Assembly (NCBI GenBank): GCA_049966995.1
Contig: JBMFTN010000001.1
Coordinates: 1 to 54,705, forward strand
DNA: 54,705 nt
Source: Candidatus Micrarchaeia archaeon
GTDB lineage: Archaea > Micrarchaeota > Micrarchaeia > Micrarchaeales > Micrarchaeaceae
Reading direction: 5' to 3'
Position numbers and translations under genes: made by a program. This document shows, piece after piece, positions 30,149 to 39,108 of this stretch; positions within the stretch are counted from its first letter, which is position 1; every line of letters starts with the position of its first letter. The notes under the pieces were generated by a model. The model did not search any database. It worked only from the letters and a program-made list of their open reading frames with translations, and had not been told where the DNA came from.

Positions 30149-32331
30149 AAAAAACAAAGGGGATATTACTCACGCTTGCCGTGATTGTATTGCTAGTATT
30201 GATTATAGGCGAGCTGATAATGTATGTAGTTCTTAATATAAGCTATAGCACCATAAGTTCTCAAACAGGATCCCTTTCTAGCACAGGGTATTTTATACAA
30301 GGCATAAAGAGTAGCGCGTATGCTTTTACATTGAGTAGTTTACACAGTGCACTTGCTGCTTTAATTAAATATGAGGCTACGCCTAGTTTGAGGCACTATC
30401 ATTTTATAACAAATGCACAGCAAGCCATAGAATCACTCATGTATAATGGCACCATATATGGAACAAATATGACTAGTTACATGAATAGTACAATGCTCGA
30501 ATTTGCATATATGGCTGAAGAACAGGCAAAAAACGAGTATCTTAATCTTACCATAGAAAATTCAAGCATTTATGTTTTCCAAACTGGGCCTTTCACGCTC
30601 GCTGCTCGATATACTGCATTAGGTATAGTTAATTCAAGCTATGGTAAATTTGTTTACCCTATAAGCGCAACTGCAAACATGTCTTTGAACGGGATGCCTG
30701 ATCTATATAGTATTGAAAGTGATAATCCATCAGTAATACATGCTTCTGATACATATCCGCAGGCATTTTTAGTTGGAGATGTTTTTGCAAGTTCTGCCAA
30801 TATATCAAATGAATCCTTTGTATACGGGACCGTGATAAAAATAAATGGAACAACATGCGCAAATGTACCACTCCAATTCAGGAACAATTACTTTATACTT
30901 GTAATGCAAAATGCCAAAAATGTAGATAAAGGCATGTGCGGTATGGGCGGGCTTATTACCTCGCAGATAAATAACACAAATTTTGGCAAACCATACCTTG
31001 TTTATCCTTCATCCGAATTTATATCCGTTTTTAACGAGATCCAAAATGGCACAAAATTGCTAATTTCCGGCAAAGGCAAATCATTGCTAAATATAACACA
31101 GATAAAAGAAGCTATACAGAATAATTATTATTATGCAACTCCTTATGCTCCTTCATACCTTGGATGGGCAAGCGGATCTCTTAATAGATCACCATTTGGC
31201 ATATTCTCATTTAGCGTGCTGCATAGGTACGTAGCACAGCTAAACACCAATGGTACAACAAAGCCAAAAGCATTTTTGAACATAAAAGGTGCTGTGCCTA
31301 GGTCATATCCAGAATTTTCTTATTCTGCTTGGTTCTATCCAACAAGCGCTGAGAATTATTCAAGAATAATAACTACAAGCAGCGGAAGCAGTGGTACTAT
31401 TGAGCTAGCCCTCTTAAATGCAAATCAGACAATACATACAACATCCGGTAATACAAGTACAGTAGGCCCTGTACCTGGAATAAGGATTATGGCTGTAAGT
31501 GGTGGCACAAGTAGCAGTAGCTCTACAACATCTACAACTACCACTATACCACCTCAGACTGTTTCAAGCGCAAATACTGTTTTAAAAACAGAGTATATAT
31601 ACGTAGACGGATTTGGAATAGATGGCTGGATTAATACCACTGCAAGAGTACCTATGAATAAATGGAATTTTATAGCTGCCACATACAATGGTAGTACGTA
31701 CACTGTTTACTTAGACAATATGACAATATGGAAAAAAGCTAATGTATCTCTTTCAGGCGCTTCAATGGGCAACATGCAGATAGGAGGCACTACTTCATCA
31801 TATAATATTGGCAACCAATTTTTTGGGGATATCGCCAATGTTCAATTTTATAATACATCATTGTCAAAGCAGCAAGAGTTTGAATTATTTATGGATGGCA
31901 TATCTGGCATACCGATATCCAACAGTTCTCTGGTAGGGTGGTGGCCACTGAATGGTAACGCTTATGACTACAGCGGCTACGGCAATAATGGCACTGCTTA
32001 TAATGTTACTTTTGGAGGCCTGAATGATTATGGTGGAGACGCACTCCTCTGGGGAACATTTTATTCGATACCACGTGAAGTTGAAGGGATTAACTGCAGG
32101 AACTTTACGAGCTGTGGTACATCACAAGCACAGAGTTTATATGTGGGCAACCTTACACTGTGGTCTAATGTGTCTGCCGTATTGAATGAGACCACAACGT
32201 TCAACTTGCAAAACGCAATTGTTTCAACAAGCTTCGATTATATAACGACAACTACTTCCTCTACAACATCCACAACGTCAACTACAACCACCACTACAAC
32301 TACAACAATAGCTAGTGGGGCGCCAAGTTAA
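30139..32331 (+). CDS. pilin-like/N-terminally anchored protein with LamG module and poly-Thr tracts
   Basis: MALKKTKG|ILLTLAVIVLLVLIIGELIM N-terminus. LamG signature IANVQFYNTSLSKQQEFELFMDGI is followed by WWPLNGNAYDYSGYGNNGTAY. An internal S/T tract (SSSSSTTSTTTT) and a C-terminal TTTTSSTTSTTSTTTTTTTTT tail are present. It overlaps the upstream gene by 10 nt (ATGGCATTGA). Confidence 0.65.
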   Translation: MALKKTKGILLTLAVIVLLVLIIGELIMYVVLNISYSTISSQTGSLSSTGYFIQGIKSSAYAFTLSSLHSALAALIKYEATPSLRHYHFITNAQQAIESLMYNGTIYGTNMTSYMNSTMLEFAYMAEEQAKNEYLNLTIENSSIYVFQTGPFTLAARYTALGIVNSSYGKFVYPISATANMSLNGMPDLYSIESDNPSVIHASDTYPQAFLVGDVFASSANISNESFVYGTVIKINGTTCANVPLQFRNNYFILVMQNAKNVDKGMCGMGGLITSQINNTNFGKPYLVYPSSEFISVFNEIQNGTKLLISGKGKSLLNITQIKEAIQNNYYYATPYAPSYLGWASGSLNRSPFGIFSFSVLHRYVAQLNTNGTTKPKAFLNIKGAVPRSYPEFSYSAWFYPTSAENYSRIITTSSGSSGTIELALLNANQTIHTTSGNTSTVGPVPGIRIMAVSGGTSSSSSTTSTTTTIPPQTVSSANTVLKTEYIYVDGFGIDGWINTTARVPMNKWNFIAATYNGSTYTVYLDNMTIWKKANVSLSGASMGNMQIGGTTSSYNIGNQFFGDIANVQFYNTSLSKQQEFELFMDGISGIPISNSSLVGWWPLNGNAYDYSGYGNNGTAYNVTFGGLNDYGGDALLWGTFYSIPREVEGINCRNFTSCGTSQAQSLYVGNLTLWSNVSAVLNETTTFNLQNAIVSTSFDYITTTTSSTTSTTSTTTTTTTTTIASGAPS
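31939..32001 (+). repeat. partner copy of the 63-nt segment at 26104-26166
   Basis: Direct comparison of the two stretches in the sequence. Confidence 0.9.
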
Positions 32332-32522
32332 AACCGCGTATTTTTAGCATGAGTTTTTCGCGTCTGTTTTGCCTTATCTAATCTATCTGCGTGGATCAAA
32401 GCGTTAGAATGCCAAACAAAATGAGCGGAATAAAGTAGATGCAATGTTTTAACGGAGGTTATAGCCAACTAAAAACAGGAAAAACACTGCGATTACATTA
32501 TTGATTGCAGGGTAATTTGCAC

Positions 32523-33515
32523 TTATATACCTGTGCCTATGCTGACAAATAACGACCCTATAACAGCTTCCATTACAAGAAAGATCACTATTCCAATAAT
32601 TATGAAAACAGGCAGGTATTTTATACCTTTTACAACTGAACCGGAGGAGATAGCACTCATTATGAGCGCAGAGAATCCTGTAATTATTATTATTGCAATT
32701 ATTGAAAAGTAGTAATATGTTGTAGGTGTTATCTTAGGGGGGCTAGGCCTTAGAAAAGAGAGGCCTGTTGTTGGCAATCCGCCAGGATTGCTTGAAAGGA
32801 TCCCCTTCCATACTGTATCAGTCACTACAATCATCTGGCTGGTCAACCCATAAAGGACAGGAGCTGCAACAAGCCCGGCAAAAGCTATGAATATGCTATA
32901 CATAAACAATTGACCGGCAACTTCCTTTTGTATGAGCTGCTGGTTTCTCATGTCCCTTGAAATCTGCTCTATAAGATCAGCCATTGCGCCACCAAACCTC
33001 AATGCTTCTATCATCATTCTTATTGCATGGGCAAGCTGAAAAGAACGGTAGCGCATTGCAAGCTTTTTAAGTGCATCTTCCAGGTTTTCTCCACCGAAAA
33101 CGCTTCTTGTCATCGCCTTAACATCGTCACTTAGAGGTACAAATTCTGGCCTTGCTGCAAGCAGAAGCGCTCTATCAAGGGCTATTCCACTTCTTAGATT
33201 TGCTGAGGTGATCTGCAGGAAATCAGGCAATTCTTGCTCCATCTTTGTCTTTCTTTTATCAATTAAGTATTCCAAAAACATGTATAATAGAACGACATAC
33301 AAAGCAGCCATTCCAAGGCCGGAAAAGAAGGATATTACTATTCCGTATTTGAGGTGATACATAACAAAAGATATAACTATAAGGATTGCAAAAGCGCCTA
33401 TTATTGTAATGCGCAAAAATTTCTCAACGCTTGTCTTTATACCTGCAAGATCTATCTCATTTGAAACTAGCAGTGCCACAGGTCTTGATACAAGCCTTTC
33501 AAATCTTATTTTCAT
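32523..33515 (-). CDS. type IV pilus/Tad-like platform membrane protein (single T2SSF domain, TadC/EpdK-like)
   Basis: T2SSF-domain pattern LPDFLQITSANLRSGIALDRAL...LEDALKKLA...MIEALRFGG, flanked by TM helices. It is the last gene of the ATPase operon. Confidence 0.8.
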   Translation of the reverse strand: MKIRFERLVSRPVALLVSNEIDLAGIKTSVEKFLRITIIGAFAILIVISFVMYHLKYGIVISFFSGLGMAALYVVLLYMFLEYLIDKRKTKMEQELPDFLQITSANLRSGIALDRALLLAARPEFVPLSDDVKAMTRSVFGGENLEDALKKLAMRYRSFQLAHAIRMMIEALRFGGAMADLIEQISRDMRNQQLIQKEVAGQLFMYSIFIAFAGLVAAPVLYGLTSQMIVVTDTVWKGILSSNPGGLPTTGLSFLRPSPPKITPTTYYYFSIIAIIIITGFSALIMSAISSGSVVKGIKYLPVFIIIGIVIFLVMEAVIGSLFVSIGTGI

Positions 33516-33519
33516 GCTA

Positions 33520-34620
33520 TCACATACTAAATACAGGCCTAGAACTCCTTATCATGGCCAGGAAGATTATCTGCAGAATCAACAGGAATACAAGAACAAA
33601 TGCTAGTAAAACTGTCGTCACGCTTATTATTGATATGAATGTTGTTAGTATTGTAACCACAGCTATACCCATGCTGGGCAGTATGACTCCAAAAAGCATG
33701 TAGAACATCGCAATTGCATTAAGTCTCTGGCCGTATCTTCTAAGTTCTATTATGCGCTCCTGGGATATCTGGTCAATCATGCTCTGCAAAGCAGAGACCA
33801 CGTCCGCGCCGGCTTTTATGCTTACTGAAGCTTGCAGCATTATCCTCCTGAATGAAACACTCTTTGTTTCTGCCACTGCATCATCAATTGCTTTTTCTAA
33901 AGGCTCTCCAAGCTGAACCCTGCTCACTATGCGTGCAAACTCCTTGCTTGCTTCGCCGTAACCTGTGCTGACAGAGACTATTGCATCGAAGAGAGGCATT
34001 CCAGAACGCAATGATATAATCATATCTCTAGCTGCAAACAGTATATCGCGCTCAACATTTCTAGAATCTGCAATGCCCCTTCTTGTCGGATAATTTAAGA
34101 ACATATTGAATAAGATCTTAAAGATTACAAAACCCAGAAGTATGGCAAACAAAGCGCTTGCTGGAATTGACATTTTAAGGTCTAGAAAAAGTGCAAATAT
34201 GATAACAGCCAATAGGATACTTGAGGACAACGCCGCGTAAAACATCCTTTTTACAAATTCATAAATAGTCCCTTTTATATGATGTTCTGACACCGCAAGG
34301 TCCAACCCTTTGCGCTTTGCACCTACTCCCTCTAAATATAGCCTAAATCTGCTAGGCTTACTACCCTTTTGCGGCACATTTTGTTTTTGATACTGGCCAG
34401 CAGTTTGGGCATTTGGAATTGCTTCTTGGTACTGCGGTGCATTTGATGGACCAATTGAAGTTTCATTATACTGCATTGTACTTTGCTGGACGGTACTTTG
34501 GCTTGAAGGTATATTTGGGGCTTTTGGCTTCCTGAATGAGAAAAGGCCAGGCTTGGGCTCTAGCTCTATTATTTCATTTCCTACTTTTATTGTACGCTTT
34601 TTCTTGCCGAACAACATCAA
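33520..34620 (-). CDS. type IV pilus/Tad-like platform membrane protein (single T2SSF domain, TadB/EpdJ-like) with Q-rich N-terminal extension
   Basis: DMIISLRSGMPLFDAIVSV...LGEPLEKAIDD...ASVSIKAGAD is a T2SSF domain. The Gln/Pro-rich cytoplasmic N-terminus of about 90 aa (residues ~35-90 low-complexity) has no recognised domain. Confidence 0.8.
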   Translation of the reverse strand: MMLFGKKKRTIKVGNEIIELEPKPGLFSFRKPKAPNIPSSQSTVQQSTMQYNETSIGPSNAPQYQEAIPNAQTAGQYQKQNVPQKGSKPSRFRLYLEGVGAKRKGLDLAVSEHHIKGTIYEFVKRMFYAALSSSILLAVIIFALFLDLKMSIPASALFAILLGFVIFKILFNMFLNYPTRRGIADSRNVERDILFAARDMIISLRSGMPLFDAIVSVSTGYGEASKEFARIVSRVQLGEPLEKAIDDAVAETKSVSFRRIMLQASVSIKAGADVVSALQSMIDQISQERIIELRRYGQRLNAIAMFYMLFGVILPSMGIAVVTILTTFISIISVTTVLLAFVLVFLLILQIIFLAMIRSSRPVFSM

Positions 34621-35330
34621 TTCACCTTATGCAAAAGAGAGAGCGCTTCGCTGAGTCTCTGGTCCCTTAAATCAAATAAGGACTTCTCAAGCTCGCTCTT
34701 AGGCACTAGCTTGTTCTGTTTTCTTAGATCTGAAAGCATTTGGTCAAGCCCATAAAGCTCTTCTTCTACTATTATGATATGCTCGCTATCAAATACGTTT
34801 TCCTTTAGGCCTTCTATTATGCGCTCAAGCTCTGCAATCTGATCTGCAAGAGTGAGGTTTGGAAGTACTAGTTCGCTTATGTTGACGCGCTTTATCTTAT
34901 AGCTTGGCTTTCTTGCAGCAGCACCAAGTTTCTTTATCAGGGATCCGAGTTCTAGCTTTGCCTTTTTGTTTTCTATTTGAGGCTGTACTGCTTGTGGCTG
35001 TGCTGCAGGCACATTCTCTGGCGGGTTAACATTCTGCACAGGCACTTCTACGGTCTGTGCTGCTCCAACTTTCTGCTGTGAATACGATATCTGCTCCAAT
35101 CCAGAGGTTATCAAGTGCGGCGGCTTCTGTTTTTCTCTTATTAGGTACTCACCCTTTCCCTTACTCTCTATACTGTTGATAATTTGCAAAAGGCTTTGAT
35201 ATGGCGTACTTGGAGCGCTTGTGGAATTTAGTATTGGGCTAATATCGACATAGCTTACGTCTGGAACTTTGACACCATTTTCTATGTCTTTGATCACATC
35301 CAGCATACTTTTGTAATCCATATTAAACAC
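34617..35330 (-). CDS. uncharacterised soluble pilus-operon protein (P/Q-rich linker, C-terminal helical domain)
   Basis: 237-aa ORF translationally coupled (4-nt overlap) between the ATPase and TadB-like genes. No TM and no motif I can name. Confidence 0.5.
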   Translation of the reverse strand: MFNMDYKSMLDVIKDIENGVKVPDVSYVDISPILNSTSAPSTPYQSLLQIINSIESKGKGEYLIREKQKPPHLITSGLEQISYSQQKVGAAQTVEVPVQNVNPPENVPAAQPQAVQPQIENKKAKLELGSLIKKLGAAARKPSYKIKRVNISELVLPNLTLADQIAELERIIEGLKENVFDSEHIIIVEEELYGLDQMLSDLRKQNKLVPKSELEKSLFDLRDQRLSEALSLLHKVN

Positions 35331-35338
35331 TCAATCCA

Positions 35339-36877
35339 TCAGCTGAAAAGGCTTTTGTCATATTTAACATCATCATTGACAATATCTAATATTCTTTGCT
35401 TATGTTTATAATAATTTGCAATTACAAGCCCTGCATCATTTACCTCTGTTACATTGTTCTTTACCATCCAGTTTAGTATTTTGCTCTTTTCGTTTATTTC
35501 ATCATTTATTTCGCTTCTTGTAAGGCCCCCATATAGGTTTAAGGTCTCCATGAGCCTGCTCATCTCGTGTATATGAGAGAAGGTGTCGCTGCGCATGTCC
35601 CACTTGTATAGTATGTCAACATCACCATCCCGGAGTACTTCCCCGAATTCAAGCACGCGCCTTATCCCTTTACTTCGATGCCTAAAAAGCACAACAACTG
35701 CACCGAGGGCATTAAGCATTATCTTTGGTATATTAATAGGAGGATTTGTCATTCTCACTATAGTGTCTTGTGCATTGTCTGCATGGACTGTACCATATAC
35801 CGCATGACCTGTGTGTATGGCCTCGAATAAAGTCTCGGCATCCTTCTGCGACCTTATTTCTCCGATGAGCACTATGTCTGGTCTTTGCCTAAGCGCATTC
35901 ACCATCAGATCATACAATGTTACTTCACCTTTGCCTTCTGGGTTTGCCTGACGGCTAAGCATCGGCACCCACTGCAAAAATGAGGGCAGGGTCAGCTCTC
36001 TAGTTTCTTCTATTGATATTACCCTCCTGCTTGCGGGGAAAAATATGCTTGAAGCATTAAGGAAACTTGTCTTCCCGCTAGCAGTGCCTCCGGAAAACAG
36101 CATGCTTATTTCGTATTGTATTGAAAGCCATACAAGCGCTGCAAGCTCAGGGTCGATGGAGTGATTTTTTATTAGGGCAGGCATTGTCCATGGATTCTTA
36201 GAAAATTTTCTTATTGTAATTGTATTTCCTGATTGCGAAACAGGAAACAGCGTGGAGTTTGACCTAGAACCGTCTGGAAGCTCTGCATCCATCAAAGGGG
36301 ACAGGTTGTTTATTTCCCTGCCTATTCTGCGCCCTATCTGCTCTGACTGCTCGTATATTTCCTCTTCGCTAGAAGGTTTTATATTGGTCTTGCACCAGCC
36401 GTATATTTTATGGAAAACATATATTGGGCTTTTTGAGCCGTTTACGGTAATTTCTTCGAGGTTCTCATCTGCTATCAATCCTTCAAGATCTCCTAGGCCA
36501 AGCATCATGTTCAGTATGTATGATATAAGTATCCTTTTTGTTTCTCCGCTTGTGTTAGGTAAATACTTGTCTATAAGGGTATTGCTTGCTGCTATATACT
36601 TGTTGTTTAGCTCTTCCAAGTACTCCTTGTCTTCTATCCTGGTTGGATCTGCTGGAACCATTGACATAAGCTCTCTTCTGAATGAAAGAAGCAGGAGCTT
36701 TGTTGCTTCGCCTATGCCCGGGTATGTCATGTTGTACAAAGGCACAAAATCAGTGCCGCGAGTAAGCAGCACGTGTACCCGCATACCGTGCGCATCTAAG
36801 TTGTATTCTGCGAGAACTTCCTCTTTTTCATCATCAATTTTTTTTGCTGGTTCAGGCATCTTATCAGTCATTTGCAA
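35339..36877 (-). CDS. type IV pilus assembly ATPase (FlaI/ArlI/PilB/VirB11 superfamily)
   Basis: Walker A GGTASGKTS, Asp box, Walker B PDIVLIGEIR and His box TGHAVYGTVHA. Size and N-terminal domain are as in archaeal FlaI/EpdL-type ATPases. Confidence 0.9.
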   Translation of the reverse strand: MQMTDKMPEPAKKIDDEKEEVLAEYNLDAHGMRVHVLLTRGTDFVPLYNMTYPGIGEATKLLLLSFRRELMSMVPADPTRIEDKEYLEELNNKYIAASNTLIDKYLPNTSGETKRILISYILNMMLGLGDLEGLIADENLEEITVNGSKSPIYVFHKIYGWCKTNIKPSSEEEIYEQSEQIGRRIGREINNLSPLMDAELPDGSRSNSTLFPVSQSGNTITIRKFSKNPWTMPALIKNHSIDPELAALVWLSIQYEISMLFSGGTASGKTSFLNASSIFFPASRRVISIEETRELTLPSFLQWVPMLSRQANPEGKGEVTLYDLMVNALRQRPDIVLIGEIRSQKDAETLFEAIHTGHAVYGTVHADNAQDTIVRMTNPPINIPKIMLNALGAVVVLFRHRSKGIRRVLEFGEVLRDGDVDILYKWDMRSDTFSHIHEMSRLMETLNLYGGLTRSEINDEINEKSKILNWMVKNNVTEVNDAGLVIANYYKHKQRILDIVNDDVKYDKSLFS

Positions 36878-38143
36878 TTATTTAAATTTCTTAGACATAT
36901 CATCAATATCTTCTTTTATCTTTTTTATTTTTCCTTTTGATTTTTTACTGCCCTCTGATATATTTTTAAGCCTTGATGATTTTTCGGCAAATGAATTTTT
37001 GGGCAGCCTCTCCAGCGCTTTTAGCTGGTTTGACAATTCGGCAACATCGCGCTTTGCTCCTTCGACTTGATTTTTTATGTCGTCAAATTGGCTTTTCAGA
37101 TCGCGCAATTTGCTGTCTATCATGGACACTTCGCCAAAAGAATTCTTCAACTCGTTTATTTTTGCTATGAGCTGCTTTGATGTTGCATCTATCTGCACTT
37201 TGCTGCTATTTAGTGTATTGTAAACCTTTTGATACATGTCGTTGAATTCAGATTTTTCCATGTTAAGCATACGCAATGCGCCTGCCCTTTGGGCCCTGAA
37301 TTCCTTGAGCTCAGAACCTGCAGCCTTGACTTCTGCACTTCGCTCCTGCATTGCCTTAATAATGCTTTCAAGTTCAAGATTGCTTGTTTTTAGTTGATTT
37401 ACTACGTTTTGGCCTTTTTCGCTTGCTTGCTTCTTCAGTGTTTCTGCCTGAATTGCGATGTTCTTGCTTAAGATCTTAAAGGATTCGCTTGTGCTAGTTT
37501 CTATGCTACGGATGGCTTCCCTCGCCTCTTCTGCTGCTTTGAGTATATTAGAAATTTTGGTATTGCTTTCTGCTATTGCCCTGTCAAAGCCCGTAGAGCT
37601 TATTGAATCAAGCCTATTGCTTAAAGCTTCAATGCGCTTGCTTATTGAACTGTTTGTTTCTTCTGCCTTTTTTATTATAGCATCGAGCCGTTTGTTGCTT
37701 GAATCTGCTATTTCGTTGAATTTGTTTATTTGAGAAAGCAAGGCTTCAACACCAGGCAGCGATGTCTTATAAAGCATTTCGAGTGAATCCAAATTGACAT
37801 TTATGTTCTTTAGCTCGTTTGAAAAGCCTTCTAAAGTTGCGGACTGTGATGACAGGTCAGAACTTAGCACATTTTTTTGTTCTTCTAGTTTCTTTTCAAC
37901 TGCGCCGAGATCTTCCCTGCCCATTGGCATAATTTCAAGATACATCTTTCCTATTTCATAACTTACTTTTAATATGCCGCCACTCTCCAGGACTTTTGCC
38001 CACGCTTCTACTACTTTTGGATCAATTCCCAAAGTTAAACTCACACTATTCAAATCCATTTTTCCTTTTGATTTTAATAGATCTATCAAAGAGTCTATAG
38101 TAGTTTTTGTCTCAACATTTTCAGCGTTCTCCATCTCGGCCAC
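36878..38143 (-). CDS. uncharacterised protein: N-terminal wHTH-like domain plus ~340-aa coiled coil
   Basis: The first gene of the ATPase operon; its stop codon abuts the ATPase start codon. The N-terminus (TIDSLIDLLKSKGKMDLNSVSLTLGIDPKVVEAWAKVLESGGILKV) resembles a winged helix. The rest is heptad-rich with E/K/S/L/N. Confidence 0.55.
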   Translation of the reverse strand: MAEMENAENVETKTTIDSLIDLLKSKGKMDLNSVSLTLGIDPKVVEAWAKVLESGGILKVSYEIGKMYLEIMPMGREDLGAVEKKLEEQKNVLSSDLSSQSATLEGFSNELKNINVNLDSLEMLYKTSLPGVEALLSQINKFNEIADSSNKRLDAIIKKAEETNSSISKRIEALSNRLDSISSTGFDRAIAESNTKISNILKAAEEAREAIRSIETSTSESFKILSKNIAIQAETLKKQASEKGQNVVNQLKTSNLELESIIKAMQERSAEVKAAGSELKEFRAQRAGALRMLNMEKSEFNDMYQKVYNTLNSSKVQIDATSKQLIAKINELKNSFGEVSMIDSKLRDLKSQFDDIKNQVEGAKRDVAELSNQLKALERLPKNSFAEKSSRLKNISEGSKKSKGKIKKIKEDIDDMSKKFK

Positions 38144-38193
38144 AATAACTATTTAACTAGAAATGTTTTTAACTATTGCCTTGCGGTTCTATG

Positions 38194-38907
38194 TTATAGT
38201 ATGTTCCTGTAAAACATAGAAAATAAAAGAGCAATGAATATCATTATAATTATTGAAATCAACGGAATCCCGGCAAAAAGGAACATTAGTAGGAATATCG
38301 TGGCCATTGTTGCAATATATATCCGCTTGTCCCACATGAGCACTTTGCTGCCGTCAAGCGGAGGTATAGGGAGCATATTGAAAAATGCTAAGAGTATGCT
38401 TATGAATATCGTAAAGGAAAGCATAACTGAGATGTAGCTGTTTTTCAATGGATTAAGGATTAAAAGCAGCAGCAAAGAAGCAATAAAAACAGCAAAGTTG
38501 GTAAGCGGACCTGCTATTGAAACAATACCTTCTTCCTTGCGTGTAAATTTTGACGTATAAATCATTGTCGCTCCAGGTATGCCGAGTAGAAAGCCGAAGA
38601 ACCCTGTTGCTAAGGTTATCATAAGACCCATATAAGAAGTTCTGAAAGCAGCTATGGCGCCATAATGCTCAGCTACAAACTTGTGCATGAGTTCGTGAAA
38701 TACGAAACTTAGTGTTACGCCAAAAGCGACAATGGGCAGCAGGTATATAAAATATGAAGCAAATGCGGCAAAATTTGACATTCCTTCTGCCCCGCCGCAA
38801 AGGGTAAGGGTAAATGCAGTAATTAGAACCAAATCCGCTATTATGATGTCTTTTATTTCCTTCTTTTCAGAGATGTTTTCCCTAAGCATAAATATTATTT
38901 TTAACAA
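38194..38907 (-). CDS. site-2 protease family (M50) intramembrane zinc metalloprotease
   Basis: HELMHKF (HExxH) within a TM helix, and NMLPIPPLDGSKV (the NxxPxxxLDG motif). Confidence 0.8.
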   Translation of the reverse strand: MLKIIFMLRENISEKKEIKDIIIADLVLITAFTLTLCGGAEGMSNFAAFASYFIYLLPIVAFGVTLSFVFHELMHKFVAEHYGAIAAFRTSYMGLMITLATGFFGFLLGIPGATMIYTSKFTRKEEGIVSIAGPLTNFAVFIASLLLLLILNPLKNSYISVMLSFTIFISILLAFFNMLPIPPLDGSKVLMWDKRIYIATMATIFLLMFLFAGIPLISIIIMIFIALLFSMFYRNIL

Positions 38908-38944
38908 GTATATAAAAAACTTTCACCTAAATAATATGTGCAAT

Positions 38945-39017
38945 AGCTCCATCGTCTAGTGGTCAAGGATAGCGGGCTCTGGACCCGCCGACGCCAGTTC
39001 GAATCTGGCTGGAGCTA
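38945..39017 (+). tRNA. tRNA-Gln(CUG), intron-less
   Basis: Hand fold: acceptor AGCTCCA/TGGAGCT (A1:U72), anticodon arm GCGGG-CTCTGGA-CCCGC, T arm GCCAG-TTCGAAT-CTGGC, discriminator A. Confidence 0.85.
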
Positions 39018-39108
39018 TGAGTGATTAGCAAACTTTAATAAAAAGGCTATTTTTGGCGCGGCTGAGATATCATTATAAAGATTTTCTGCACTACTAAAAT
39101 TAGCATAT

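Noticed and set aside
36252-37070. 272-aa plus-strand ORF spanning the ATPase / coiled-coil gene junction
   Set aside because: It is antisense to two well-supported, abutting genes. The product is Ser/Leu/Ile-rich with no features, so it is a shadow ORF.
38194-38907. Membrane protease next to the pilus operon, considered as the missing prepilin peptidase
   Set aside because: It has HExxH and NxxPxxxLDG motifs, placing it in the M50 site-2 protease family. It lacks the two-aspartate GxGD signature of PibD/FlaK/EppA.
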